In this document: in pieces, positions 35,428 through 44,685 of the stretch
Position numbering within the stretch: the first letter of the stretch is position 1
How the letters are laid out: each line of letters begins with the position of its first letter
Assembly: GCA_963713975.1 (NCBI GenBank)
Contig: OY970218.1
Span: 832,001 to 896,000 of the forward strand
Direction of reading: 5' to 3'
Length of the DNA: 64,000 nucleotides
DNA from: an uncultured Chloroflexia bacterium
GTDB taxonomy: Bacteria > Chloroflexota > Limnocylindria > Limnocylindrales > CSP1-4
Notes under the pieces: generated by a model
What the model was told of the DNA's origin: nothing
Database searches by the model: none
What the model saw: only the letters and a program-made list of their open reading frames with translations
Translations under genes and position numbers: made by a program

Positions 35428-36584
35428 GCCGTCGCCTCCCCGCGCTCGAACGCCTTGGCGGCGTCCCAGAACGCATCCAGCTCCTCGAAGGAGCAATCAC
35501 GGAGGGCGACGCCCCGTTCGGCGGCCGCCAGCTCCACGTGCCGGAACCGCCGGCGGAACTTGTCGTTGGCCGAGCGCAGCGCGCCCTCGACCTCGATGCC
35601 GGTCTTGCGACCGACGTTGACGAGGACGAACAGCAGGTCGCCCAGCTCCTCTGCGCGATGATCCTGGTCCTCGGCCTCGGCCAGCTCCACGACCTCCTCG
35701 TGCACCTTGTCCAGGACGCCGTCGATGGACGGCCAGTCGTAGCCGATATGCGCCGCGCGCTCCTGCATCTCCTGGCTGGCAGCGAGCGCCGGCAGGGACC
35801 GGCTGATCCCGTCCAGCGCGCTCTTCGGAACCTCGGCGCCGGCATCGCCCGCGGCCGCCGCCCGCTCGCCCTGCTTGATCCGCTCCCACTGGCGGTTGAC
35901 GTCGGCGGCGGTGCGGGCCTCGGACTCCCCGAAGACATGGGGGTGGCGGCGGACGATCTTGGTGGCGATGGCAGACCACACGTCGGTCATGTCAAACGTG
36001 CCCGCCTCCGCGGCAAGCTGAGCGTGCAGCACGACCTGGAGCAGGAGGTCGCCGAGTTCGCCCGCCAGCTCCGGCGTGGCGCCGGCCTCGAGGGCGTCAT
36101 AGACCTCGTACGCCTCCTCGAGCAGGTGGTTGCGCAGGGACTGGTGCGTCTGCTCGCGATCCCAGGGACAGCCGTCCGGGGCGCGCAGCCGGTCCGAGAT
36201 CCAGGGCATGCCCCACGGCGAGGCGCTGTTGAGCACGGGGGCCACTGGCGCGAGGTACAGCGGCACGTCGAGGTCCGCCTCGGTGAGCGCCCCGACGGTC
36301 GTAGCCTCCACTTCGCCGAGCCGTCCGACGGGGTGCCCCGCAGGGTAGAGGCGCCGCAGCACCGCGACGGGGTCCCTTCCTGCGTCACCGTGGCGCCCAG
36401 GGAGCGGTGCGACGGCACCATCGACCGGGGCCGTGACCCGCAGGCGGGCCGCCGGCACGACGAGGACCGGGAGCGACGGCTCGACCGGCGTCGCGAAGAG
36501 CCGCTCCGACACCACGATCGCGAGCCCGGTGCCAGGATCCAGGCCCCATCGGACCCGGGCCTCGGCGAGGAGCGCGTCCAGCAT
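35424..36584 (-). CDS. mazG: nucleoside triphosphate pyrophosphohydrolase MazG (YabN-like N-terminal extension)
   Basis: [58 protein letters not shown]. Confidence 0.95.
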   Translation of the reverse strand: MLDALLAEARVRWGLDPGTGLAIVVSERLFATPVEPSLPVLVVPAARLRVTAPVDGAVAPLPGRHGDAGRDPVAVLRRLYPAGHPVGRLGEVEATTVGALTEADLDVPLYLAPVAPVLNSASPWGMPWISDRLRAPDGCPWDREQTHQSLRNHLLEEAYEVYDALEAGATPELAGELGDLLLQVVLHAQLAAEAGTFDMTDVWSAIATKIVRRHPHVFGESEARTAADVNRQWERIKQGERAAAAGDAGAEVPKSALDGISRSLPALAASQEMQERAAHIGYDWPSIDGVLDKVHEEVVELAEAEDQDHRAEELGDLLFVLVNVGRKTGIEVEGALRSANDKFRRRFRHVELAAAERGVALRDCSFEELDAFWDAAKAFERGEATA

Positions 36585-36607
36585 CGGCCCGCCCGTCCCC
36601 GCCAGCG

Positions 36608-38326
36608 TCAGCTCGTGGCCTGGCCGGTAACCGTCGGGTCGCGGGTGATCTCGACGGCGGCCTTCTCCTTGGAGTACCAGAGCGGGAAGGCGGAGGTCTC
36701 CAGCGACGCCTTCTGCGCGGCGTCGGGCTCCCGGTTCTGCTCGGCGCTCACCAGGAACAGGTAGATCCCCTCGCCGGGAACGACCAGCGGCTCGCTCACC
36801 TCGCCGATCGGCGCCGCGAAGATCGCCGCCTCGCGGGCCTCGTCGACCTGGCCCCGGCCGATCCAGCCAAGCTCTCCACCGTTCGCGGCCTCCGCGCTGT
36901 CCGAGTTGTCGCGCGCCGCGTCGGCGAAGGTCAGCGTCCCCGCGTCGATGTCCGTCGTGAGCTTGGCCGCCCATTCCTCGTCGGTGGGTCCGTGCATGAC
37001 CTGGATCACGTGCCACCCGAACTCCGTCTTGACGGGATCGAGGAGCTGGCCCGGCTGGAGGCCGGGCTCGAAGATCGCGTCGGCGAACGCCTGTGTGAGC
37101 TGATCGTCCGTCGAGAAGTACGGCAGCTTGCCGCCGGTGATCTCGACCTGGTCCTCGTCGCTCTCGGCGCGCGCGATGGCATCGAACTGCGACGGGTCCG
37201 CCTTCAACTTCTCCCAGGTGGCCTTCGCCTCGAGCTCCGCCTTGGCCCAGGCCGGGTCCGTGTCCGGGACGGGCGTGGTCGGTCGCGGCGTGTCGTTGGG
37301 CGAGTAGAGGATGTGCCGCACGCGGATGGCACCCGGACCGGACTCGCTGGTGCCTTCCTGCATGAAGATCTCGGAGGTCTGGCGCTGCGGACCTGGGGCC
37401 AGGTACTGGGCCAGGATCGCGTCGCTCAGCTTGGTGCGGGTCACGTCGCGGCGCAGGGCGGCGCGGAAGTCGTCCATGCCCACGCCGTTCTCGCCGAGCT
37501 GCGCGGCCAGGGTGGCATCCACGACCGGCGCGATGATCTCGGTCACCCGACCGATCCGGAAGCTCCCGTCGGCGCCCTCGATGACGTCGGTCGGGGCATC
37601 AATCTGCGCTGCCATCAGCGCCGCGAGCAGAGCCGGGTCCAGCGCCGAGTTGGCGTCGATGAAGGAGATGTCGCCGGCCTGCTCCTTGGACGCGTCCGTG
37701 GAGACGTCCTTGGCGGTGGTCTCCCAGTCCTGGCCGCCCTTGAGGTCGGTGAGCGCCTTGGTGGCCGACGCCCTGGCGGCCGCGATCGCCGCCGGCGTGG
37801 GCGTGCTTGCCCCTTCGGCGAGCTCGGGCTCGACCTCGATCATCCACGCGTGACGGAGCTCGGGCGTGGTCGCCTCTTCTGTGAAGCGCGCATCCACGTC
37901 GGCGTCCGTGACGATGACGCCCTGCTTGGCGGCGAGATCGGCCTGCACGGCGCCATCGATCAGCTGCTCCAGCGAGAGTGCATCGTTCTGCGCCAGGCGC
38001 TGCTGGATGACCGAGATCCTGGCGTCGGCATCCGCGCTGCGGATCTGGCCCGCCGCGAGGAGCGTGCGGAGGCGCCGCTGCTGGTAGTCCGCCCGGAACT
38101 CGTTGACGGCGACCTGTTGCTTCCAGGTGGCCGTGCTGATCGACTGGCCGTTCACCGTGCCGGCGGTGCTCAGGTTGTCCCCGAAGAAGGAGGCGCCGGC
38201 CGCGACCAGGAGCAGCACGAGCGCGATCACGATCGTGAGCCCGAAACCGATGTTGAGCAGCATGGAACGCCGCTCGCGGTCGTCCCAGGTCCGGGAGTGC
38301 TTCGTGGGGCGGGAGCGTGACGTCAT
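36608..38326 (-). CDS. membrane-anchored SurA/PrsA/PpiD-like peptidyl-prolyl isomerase
   Basis: N-terminal TM, SurA-N-like helices, several parvulin domains (VRHILY, FDAIARAESDE, PVKTEFGWHVI, GGELGWI). Confidence 0.88.
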   Translation of the reverse strand: MTSRSRPTKHSRTWDDRERRSMLLNIGFGLTIVIALVLLLVAAGASFFGDNLSTAGTVNGQSISTATWKQQVAVNEFRADYQQRRLRTLLAAGQIRSADADARISVIQQRLAQNDALSLEQLIDGAVQADLAAKQGVIVTDADVDARFTEEATTPELRHAWMIEVEPELAEGASTPTPAAIAAARASATKALTDLKGGQDWETTAKDVSTDASKEQAGDISFIDANSALDPALLAALMAAQIDAPTDVIEGADGSFRIGRVTEIIAPVVDATLAAQLGENGVGMDDFRAALRRDVTRTKLSDAILAQYLAPGPQRQTSEIFMQEGTSESGPGAIRVRHILYSPNDTPRPTTPVPDTDPAWAKAELEAKATWEKLKADPSQFDAIARAESDEDQVEITGGKLPYFSTDDQLTQAFADAIFEPGLQPGQLLDPVKTEFGWHVIQVMHGPTDEEWAAKLTTDIDAGTLTFADAARDNSDSAEAANGGELGWIGRGQVDEAREAAIFAAPIGEVSEPLVVPGEGIYLFLVSAEQNREPDAAQKASLETSAFPLWYSKEKAAVEITRDPTVTGQATS

Positions 38327-38468
38327 GGTGGTCGGAGCGTCCTCGTGGTGGAGCGGTCGTCGCCAGGTAGCGGAAGGAGTGCGAACGGATGCGGCGGACG
38401 ACGCCGGGCGGATGGTACCCCATGCGCGCGCGAGGCCGGAGCAGCGGCCTCGTGCTACCCTCCCGGCC

Positions 38469-39338
38469 GTGACTGCCAGATCCGAGGTGTCCTCCTCGTA
38501 CCGGTCGTCGTCGATACGTCCTGGCTCGCTGGCGCTCATCCGCATCGGCATCAAGGAGACGCTGTCGCGGCGGCGCCTGATTGCGTACCTCGTCCGAGCC
38601 GACCTCAAGAAGAGCGGCGCCGACACCTTGCTGGGGAACGTCTGGTGGGTGCTCGACCCGCTCCTCCAGATGCTTGTCTACTACGTGCTGGTCGGCGTCA
38701 TCCTCAAGCGCAACACCTACGAGGACTACCCGCTCTTCATCTTCGCGGCCATCCTGCCCTGGAAGTGGTTCGACGCCACGGTGAAGGACGGTGTCAGCTC
38801 CGTCGTCAGCCAAGAGCGGCTGATCAAGCAGATCTACTTCCCGAAGCTCGTCCTGCCGGTGGCCAGCACGTTCTCGGGCGTCGTGGGCTTCGCATTCGGC
38901 CTGATCCCGCTGCTCGGGATGCTCGCGCTCTTCTATCCGAACCACCTGTCGGCCTGGGTCCTGCTGATCCCGGTCATCGCGGTCGTGCAGTTCCTGTTCT
39001 CGCTCGGGGTGGCGGTCGGCGTTGCCGCCATCAACGTCTTCTACCGCGACGTCGGCAACCTCTCGCGGCACCTCCTGCGCTTCTGGTTCTTCCTGTCGCC
39101 GACGCTGTACGGGCTCGACAAGGTCGAGGACATCGTCGGATCGAACGAGATCGTCAAGGTCTGGTACGCGATCAACCCGTTCTCGTATCTGCTCACCGCC
39201 TACCGGGACGTCATCTACTACGGACGACCGCCTGAATGGCTCGGCCTGGTGGTGGTTGGACTCCTGTCCCTCGTGCTCATCGCCTTGGCGATCCTCGGCT
39301 TCAAGCGTGTCGAGCCCACATTCGCGAAGGTCCTGTGA
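38469..39338 (+). CDS. ABC-2 permease, polysaccharide export (Wzm/TagG-like)
   Basis: LGNVWWVLDPLLQMLVY, LIKQIYFPK, VFYRDV, WFFLSPTLY, INPF. Confidence 0.93.
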   Translation: MTARSEVSSSYRSSSIRPGSLALIRIGIKETLSRRRLIAYLVRADLKKSGADTLLGNVWWVLDPLLQMLVYYVLVGVILKRNTYEDYPLFIFAAILPWKWFDATVKDGVSSVVSQERLIKQIYFPKLVLPVASTFSGVVGFAFGLIPLLGMLALFYPNHLSAWVLLIPVIAVVQFLFSLGVAVGVAAINVFYRDVGNLSRHLLRFWFFLSPTLYGLDKVEDIVGSNEIVKVWYAINPFSYLLTAYRDVIYYGRPPEWLGLVVVGLLSLVLIALAILGFKRVEPTFAKVL

Positions 39339-40165
39339 GCGCACCGCCTGACCTTGATCCGAAGGTCGCCATCAGGACCCAGGACCTGGGTGTCAGGTAC
39401 AGCCTGCACCTGACCAGGAAGCAGACCGTCAAGCAGTCGGTCGTCCGCCGGGTCCGCCGTGAGGGCGATGCGGAGTTCTGGGCCCTGCGCAGGGTGTCGT
39501 TCACCGTGTCGCACGGTGAGTCGCTCGGGGTCATCGGACCCAACGGGGCCGGCAAGAGCACGCTGCTCCAGGTCCTCGCCGGGATCATCACCCCGTCCGA
39601 AGGCGAGGTCGCCGTCGATGGCCACGTCTCCAGCCTGCTCACCCTGGGGGTCGGCTTCGACCAGGATCTCAGCGGCACGGACAACATCCGGCTCGCGGGC
39701 GCATTCATGGGGATCGACCACAAGCTGGTCGAGGAGCGGCTGCCGGGCATCGTGGACTACGCCGACCTCGGCGCGTTCATCGACGCCCCGATCAAGACCT
39801 ACTCATCCGGCATGCGGGCCCGGCTCGGGTTCGCAATCGCGACGTCGGTCGAACCCGACATCCTGCTCCTGGACGAGGTCCTGTCCACGGGCGACGCCGC
39901 GTTCCGGGCCAAGTCCAAGCAGCGCGTCGGCGAGCTCGTCCATGAGGCCAAGGCCATCGTGCTCGTGACCCACGACATGAACTGGGTCACCGAGTACTGC
40001 AACCGCGCCATGCTGATCGAGAAGGGCAACATCGTCGCCGAGGGTGCCCCCGCGGACGTGGTCCTGCAGCACCAGGAGCGCTCCGCCCAGCGCCGGGCCG
40101 AACAGCTCGCCGCGGGCGTCTTCGCGACCAGGAACCAGCCGCTGCGCCCCCGACGCCGGCGCTGA
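39335..40165 (+). CDS. ABC ATP-binding protein, polysaccharide export (Wzt/TagH-like)
   Basis: FWALRRVSF, GPNGAGKSTLL, PIKTYSSGMRARLGF, ILLLDEVL; GTGA overlap with the permease. Confidence 0.95.
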   Translation: MSAPPDLDPKVAIRTQDLGVRYSLHLTRKQTVKQSVVRRVRREGDAEFWALRRVSFTVSHGESLGVIGPNGAGKSTLLQVLAGIITPSEGEVAVDGHVSSLLTLGVGFDQDLSGTDNIRLAGAFMGIDHKLVEERLPGIVDYADLGAFIDAPIKTYSSGMRARLGFAIATSVEPDILLLDEVLSTGDAAFRAKSKQRVGELVHEAKAIVLVTHDMNWVTEYCNRAMLIEKGNIVAEGAPADVVLQHQERSAQRRAEQLAAGVFATRNQPLRPRRRR

Positions 40166-40230
40166 AGCACACGCGCCGACGCAGGGGCTCCCCCGTCGTG
40201 ACCGGTCGCGCGGGCTGACGCGCCGCCCAC

Positions 40231-40358
40231 CGGCTCAACGGTCGGGTCAACCGAGGTTTCAGCCGCTGAGCGGCACGTTTGTCGCTCCGGCGACCCTATC
40301 CGGCCGACAGGTGTGCCGCTGAGCGGCGCAAACGACACCGCACCCGACGGTTGGACCG
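40231..40358. repeat. 128-bp palindromic intergenic repeat, copy 3
   Basis: CGGCTCAACGGTCGGGT...GCCGCTGAGCGGCACGTTTGTCG...CGACAGGTGTGCCGCTGAGCGGCGCAAA...ACCCGACGGTTGGACCG. Confidence 0.85.
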
Positions 40359-40403
40359 CCAGCCGGCACGCACCTCGGGCCATCTGACCGGGATCGGTTG
40401 GTC

Positions 40404-41018
40404 CTAGCGCCTCTCGCGCAGCAGCCGGCCGAGCACCGTGACCACGCCAAACGCGGCGCCGGCGACGATGGCGCCGCGCCAGTCGAGCAGGGGCTTGACC
40501 TCGCCCGAGACATGCTGGGCGATCATCACCAGCACGGCCGACGGCCGCGTGACGGTCACCCGCTGGGCGATCACCGTACGGGCGAGCGCCTGCTCCAGCG
40601 TCACCTCACCGGCGAGCACGGTGCCGGCGAATCCCTGCGTGACGCGCAGCTCGCCTGCCAGCGCCGCGCCGACGCCGCCGAACTCGACCCCGATGCGGTC
40701 TGCCTTCGCCGCGCCAACGCCGCCCCACTGGACGAACACCTCCTCGGCGTCGAGGGCACCGATGCCGCCCATCCGGACTTCGACGGTCCCTGCGCTCGCC
40801 TTGCCGGTGCCGCTGCGCTCGATGCTCAGGCTGCCGACGGAGACGCGGTTGGCGGCCGGCTGGGGAGTGGTCTCATCGTGCCCCGCAGCGACCGCGACGG
40901 CGGGGGCGTCGGCGGGCGCAGGAACCTCCACAGGCGTAGTGGCGTCAGCCGGCGACGGGTCGGCCGCCGCTGTTGCCTTCCGGCGGCGTTTCGGCGTGGC
41001 GGGCGTCTCGTCGGTCAT
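40404..41018 (-). CDS. hypothetical protein with ~15-residue repeats and C-terminal TM
   Basis: GAGGA RBS; AGTVEVRMGGIGALD/AEEVFVQWGGVGAAK/ADRIGVEFGGVGAAL/AGELRVTQGFAGTVL; hydrophobic C-terminus. Confidence 0.75.
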   Translation of the reverse strand: MTDETPATPKRRRKATAAADPSPADATTPVEVPAPADAPAVAVAAGHDETTPQPAANRVSVGSLSIERSGTGKASAGTVEVRMGGIGALDAEEVFVQWGGVGAAKADRIGVEFGGVGAALAGELRVTQGFAGTVLAGEVTLEQALARTVIAQRVTVTRPSAVLVMIAQHVSGEVKPLLDWRGAIVAGAAFGVVTVLGRLLRERR

Positions 41019-41246
41019 GGCGGTCCTCGGGTTCGGCTCGGCAGGTCCGGGCAGCCTACCGCAGTCACCCGGGATCGACCATGGCCGGAGGTCCCGTCCC
41101 TGGCCTGCCTACGGCCGCGACCTGCGCCGATACCGGCTATGCTCCGCGCGGATCCGGACCCATCGGGACGCGGGGCAGACACGCCGGACGCGACCCGGCG
41201 ATCGGAGCCGTGACCTGACCGCGATCGTTCCTCACCCGGAGCCCAG

Positions 41247-42476
41247 ATGAGCCGTACCGCCACCGCCCTGCTTGCCGCCCTCGTGCTAGCCGCAGGGATC
41301 GCGATCGGCATCGCCGGCTGCGACCTTGCCCAGCCCGCGCCATCGGAACCCACCGCGGTCGTCGCGTCAGGGTCACCGAGCGATGGGCCGGCCGGGAGCG
41401 AGCCGACAGCCGAGACCCCGGCCGGCACGGTGGCGCCGCTCGCCACGCCATCCCCCACGCCGACGCCTGAGCCCACGCCCACGCCAGAGCCCACGCCGGT
41501 GCTGGTGCCTGCGCCGCTCACCGGCATTCCCGTCAAGGAGGCCGTGGCCGCGCGCCACGTCGTCGCCGTGATGGTCGATGACCAGTTCGCGGCCCGACCC
41601 CAGTCCGGGCTGTCGCAGGCCGACGTCGTGTGGCAGGCGCCCGCGGAGGGTGGCATTCCGCGCTACGAGGCCTGGTTCCAGAGCATCCTCCCCACCTCGG
41701 TGGGTCCGATCCGCAGCGCTCGCCTCTACTTCGTCGCCTGGGCTGCCGAGTGGAAGGCCGTCTACGTGCACGCCGGTGGCTCGCCCCAGGCCCTGGCCCT
41801 GCTCAACTCCTCCAAGGGCCGGGGCAAGGTCGTCTACAACGCGGACCAGTTCCGCTACAGCAAGTACCTGTACCGCGTCTCGTACCGCTACGCCCCCCAC
41901 AACGTGTACAGCGATGCGAAGAGCCTGCGACAGCTGACCAAGGTCGTGGGCGCGAAACCCGTCACGGGGCAGGCGCCGGTGTGGTCATTCGCGCCCGACG
42001 CCCCGCTCGACCAGCGGCCGGTCGGCGGCAAGATCACGGTCCCGTACCTCGCCAACCGGATCTCCTACAGCTACGACCGCAAGACGAACACCTACCTGCG
42101 CAGCGTGTCCGTGGAGGGCAAGCAGTTCGACGTCGGGACCAAGCCCAAGAAGCGGATCGCACCCAAGAACGTGGTCGTGATGGCCGTCCGGTTCGTCCCG
42201 CTGAACGACAAGAAGCATCGCCTGGACGGCCAGGTCACCGGCACCGGGACGGCATGGATTGCGACCAACGGCAAGACCGTGAAGGGCACCTGGAAGAAGA
42301 AGTCGTTCACGGCTCCCACGCGCTTCTTCGGCCCGGACGGCAAGGCCGTCACGCTTACGATGGGCCAGACCTTCGTGCAGGTGGTGCCGCGCGGGACGAA
42401 GATCACCATCAAGGACGGCAAGGTGGCGGCGCCGGCGGCGCCGGCGCCCTCCCCCTCCCCGTCTCCGGCGGTCTGA
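41247..42476 (+). CDS. DUF3048 family lipoprotein
   Basis: Lipobox IAGC, PT linker, APLTG, VMVDD, ARPQSGLSQADVV, EGGIPRY, VGPIRSAR, APHNVY. Confidence 0.9.
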   Translation: MSRTATALLAALVLAAGIAIGIAGCDLAQPAPSEPTAVVASGSPSDGPAGSEPTAETPAGTVAPLATPSPTPTPEPTPTPEPTPVLVPAPLTGIPVKEAVAARHVVAVMVDDQFAARPQSGLSQADVVWQAPAEGGIPRYEAWFQSILPTSVGPIRSARLYFVAWAAEWKAVYVHAGGSPQALALLNSSKGRGKVVYNADQFRYSKYLYRVSYRYAPHNVYSDAKSLRQLTKVVGAKPVTGQAPVWSFAPDAPLDQRPVGGKITVPYLANRISYSYDRKTNTYLRSVSVEGKQFDVGTKPKKRIAPKNVVVMAVRFVPLNDKKHRLDGQVTGTGTAWIATNGKTVKGTWKKKSFTAPTRFFGPDGKAVTLTMGQTFVQVVPRGTKITIKDGKVAAPAAPAPSPSPSPAV

Positions 42477-42482
42477 CAGGAT

Positions 42483-43796
42483 CTAGAGGAGCGGAGCGGG
42501 CCGGGCGGCGTCCGCCCACACGACCCTGGTCTCCCGGGCGACATGTGCCCATGTCCGGCCGGAGAGCGATCGCTCCCGCGCGGCCGCGACCAGCGTCGGG
42601 TATGGCTCGGCGTCGGACCATACGGCCCGGATCGCGGCGGCCAGCCGTGGTGCGTCACCCGGCTCCACGAGGATCCCTGCCGCACCCACGACCTCCGGCA
42701 GCGTCCCGACCGCGCTCGCGATCACGGGCACGCCAGCGGCGAGCGCTTCCATCGCCGCCAGGCCGGTGAGCTCGGATCGGACGGGCTGCAGCAGCACCCT
42801 CGCCCCGGCGACGAGCCCGGCAAGCCGGTTGTCCGGGAGGCCCGGGGCATAGGCGAGCTGCTCCGCGACGCCGGCGCGTGCGGCAGCACGCGACAGGGCC
42901 GCCCGATCGTCCGGGGTCGCCCCAACGAGGCACACCCGCGGGGGCCATGCGTCTGCAGGGATGCCGATCGGAGCCGGCTCCCCGCCGAGGCGGGCGAGGG
43001 CGGATAGCAGGGTCGTCAGGTCCTGGCGAGCGTCGTAGCGACCGGCGTAGACCGCGTACAGGCTCCCGAGACCCAGGCGGGATCGCTCCACGCTGCCATC
43101 CGCGACGGCCTCCGGGCGAAAGGCGGGCCGCGGCGCGAGGGCGATCACGCGCAGGCGGTCCTTGCGGATCCGCAGCAGGCGCCGGGCATCCGTGGCGGCG
43201 GCGCGGCCGGGCACGATCACGGCCGCCGCGTCCTTGAGGATGCGCGCTCGCAGCCGCTGCCCGAAGCGGGCGGCCGTCCCGCGCTGGTACTCCTGCGGCA
43301 TCGCCCACGGGGCGAGATCCATGAGCGCGGCGACCACGGGCACGCCCGACCCGATGGGCAACGCACCGGCCGCGGCGTGGTACACGGAACCCGACGCGCC
43401 GCGCCGCTCCGCACGCCATCCGGCACCCGCGGAGACCCCGCGCAGCAGCAGGGGGTCCACGGTCAGGGCCCCAGACCTCAGGAACCGCGTCGGCGGCAGG
43501 CGTCGGCGGCCGGCAACGTCGAGGTTCGCCCAGCGTGCGGTGGGATCATCCTGATCCAGCGCCAGCAGGAACGAGTACGACTCACCCTCGACCGGATCGG
43601 CATCGAGGGCATCGAGGAGCGCCTCGAGATACAGGGCCGTCAGCGGCGCACGGTCCGGATCCTGGAGCGGCCGCGCGTCGAGGATGACGCGGACGCCCGG
43701 CGCCGCGGGAGGGAGGCCGGTCCCGGCGCCTGGACGCCAGCCAGCACGCGCCGCGCCGGTCACGGGGCCCTGCCGGTCATCGTCGGGGCCGGTCAT
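42483..43796 (-). CDS. glycosyltransferase family 4
   Basis: ILDARPLQ, YAGRYDARQDL, SELTGLAAMEALAAGVPVIAS, LPEVVGAAGILV. Confidence 0.88.
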   Translation of the reverse strand: MTGPDDDRQGPVTGAARAGWRPGAGTGLPPAAPGVRVILDARPLQDPDRAPLTALYLEALLDALDADPVEGESYSFLLALDQDDPTARWANLDVAGRRRLPPTRFLRSGALTVDPLLLRGVSAGAGWRAERRGASGSVYHAAAGALPIGSGVPVVAALMDLAPWAMPQEYQRGTAARFGQRLRARILKDAAAVIVPGRAAATDARRLLRIRKDRLRVIALAPRPAFRPEAVADGSVERSRLGLGSLYAVYAGRYDARQDLTTLLSALARLGGEPAPIGIPADAWPPRVCLVGATPDDRAALSRAAARAGVAEQLAYAPGLPDNRLAGLVAGARVLLQPVRSELTGLAAMEALAAGVPVIASAVGTLPEVVGAAGILVEPGDAPRLAAAIRAVWSDAEPYPTLVAAARERSLSGRTWAHVARETRVVWADAARPAPLL

Positions 43797-44617
43797 CGTC
43801 CGGGCCGGACGGGTCCGCGACCGCGCAGCTCGTCCCAGCGAAGGGTCAGCACCACGAGCAGCGCCTCCACGATGATCCGGCGGCTCATCTTGGACTGTCC
43901 GAGGCGCCGGTCACGGAAGGTGATCGGAACCTCCGTGACACGGGCGCCGAGCCGCGACGCGCGGTAGGTCATCTCGATCTGGAACACGTAGCCGCCGGCG
44001 CGGATCCCCGCGAACGGGACGGCCTCGAGCGTGGGCGCCCTCCACGCCTTGAAGCCGCCGGTGAGGTCGTGCGGTGCAAGGCCCAGGACGATCCGGGCGA
44101 ACGTGGAGCCGCCCCGGGAGATCACCCGCCGGATGATGCCCCAGTCCTCGACGCCGCCGCCCACCGTATAGCGTGAGCCGATGACGAGGTCAGCGCGGTC
44201 CTCCACGACCGGTGCGACCAGCGAGGGCAGCGCCACGGGGTCGTGGGACCAGTCTGCGTCCATCTGGATGACGATGGAGGCGCCGCCGCCGAGGGCCATG
44301 CCGAACCCGTCCAGGTAGGCACGACCAAGCCCCTGCTTTGCCCGGCGGTGGAGGACCCGGATCCGGGCGTCCGTGGCGGCCAGCGTCTCTGCGAGGTCGC
44401 CGGTGCCGTCGGGGGAGCTGTCATCCACGACGAGCAGGGTTGCGCCCGGGAGCGCCTCCAGGATCGCCGCCGAGATGGCCTCCAGGTTCTCGCGCTCGTT
44501 GTACGTGGGCAGCACGACCCAGGCACCGGCCCCCACCACGGGGCCGGGCTGCGTCCCCTGACCACCGTCAGTCAAGGGCCGCGCAGCGGTCTCGGCGGGC
44601 TCTTCGTGGGTACTCAC
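43793..44617 (-). CDS. polyprenol monophosphomannose synthase (GT2, Ppm1-like)
   Basis: VVLPTYNERENL, VDDSSPDGTG, KQGLGRAY, QMDADWSHDP, DLTGGFKAWR, GYVFQIEM, GQSKMS. Confidence 0.93.
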   Translation of the reverse strand: MSTHEEPAETAARPLTDGGQGTQPGPVVGAGAWVVLPTYNERENLEAISAAILEALPGATLLVVDDSSPDGTGDLAETLAATDARIRVLHRRAKQGLGRAYLDGFGMALGGGASIVIQMDADWSHDPVALPSLVAPVVEDRADLVIGSRYTVGGGVEDWGIIRRVISRGGSTFARIVLGLAPHDLTGGFKAWRAPTLEAVPFAGIRAGGYVFQIEMTYRASRLGARVTEVPITFRDRRLGQSKMSRRIIVEALLVVLTLRWDELRGRGPVRPGR

Positions 44618-44685
44618 TGGCGGCCAGTGTACGGCGCTCCTCGATGCCCCGGTCCCGACGGGCCACTCTCCGGTCCGCGCCGGAC

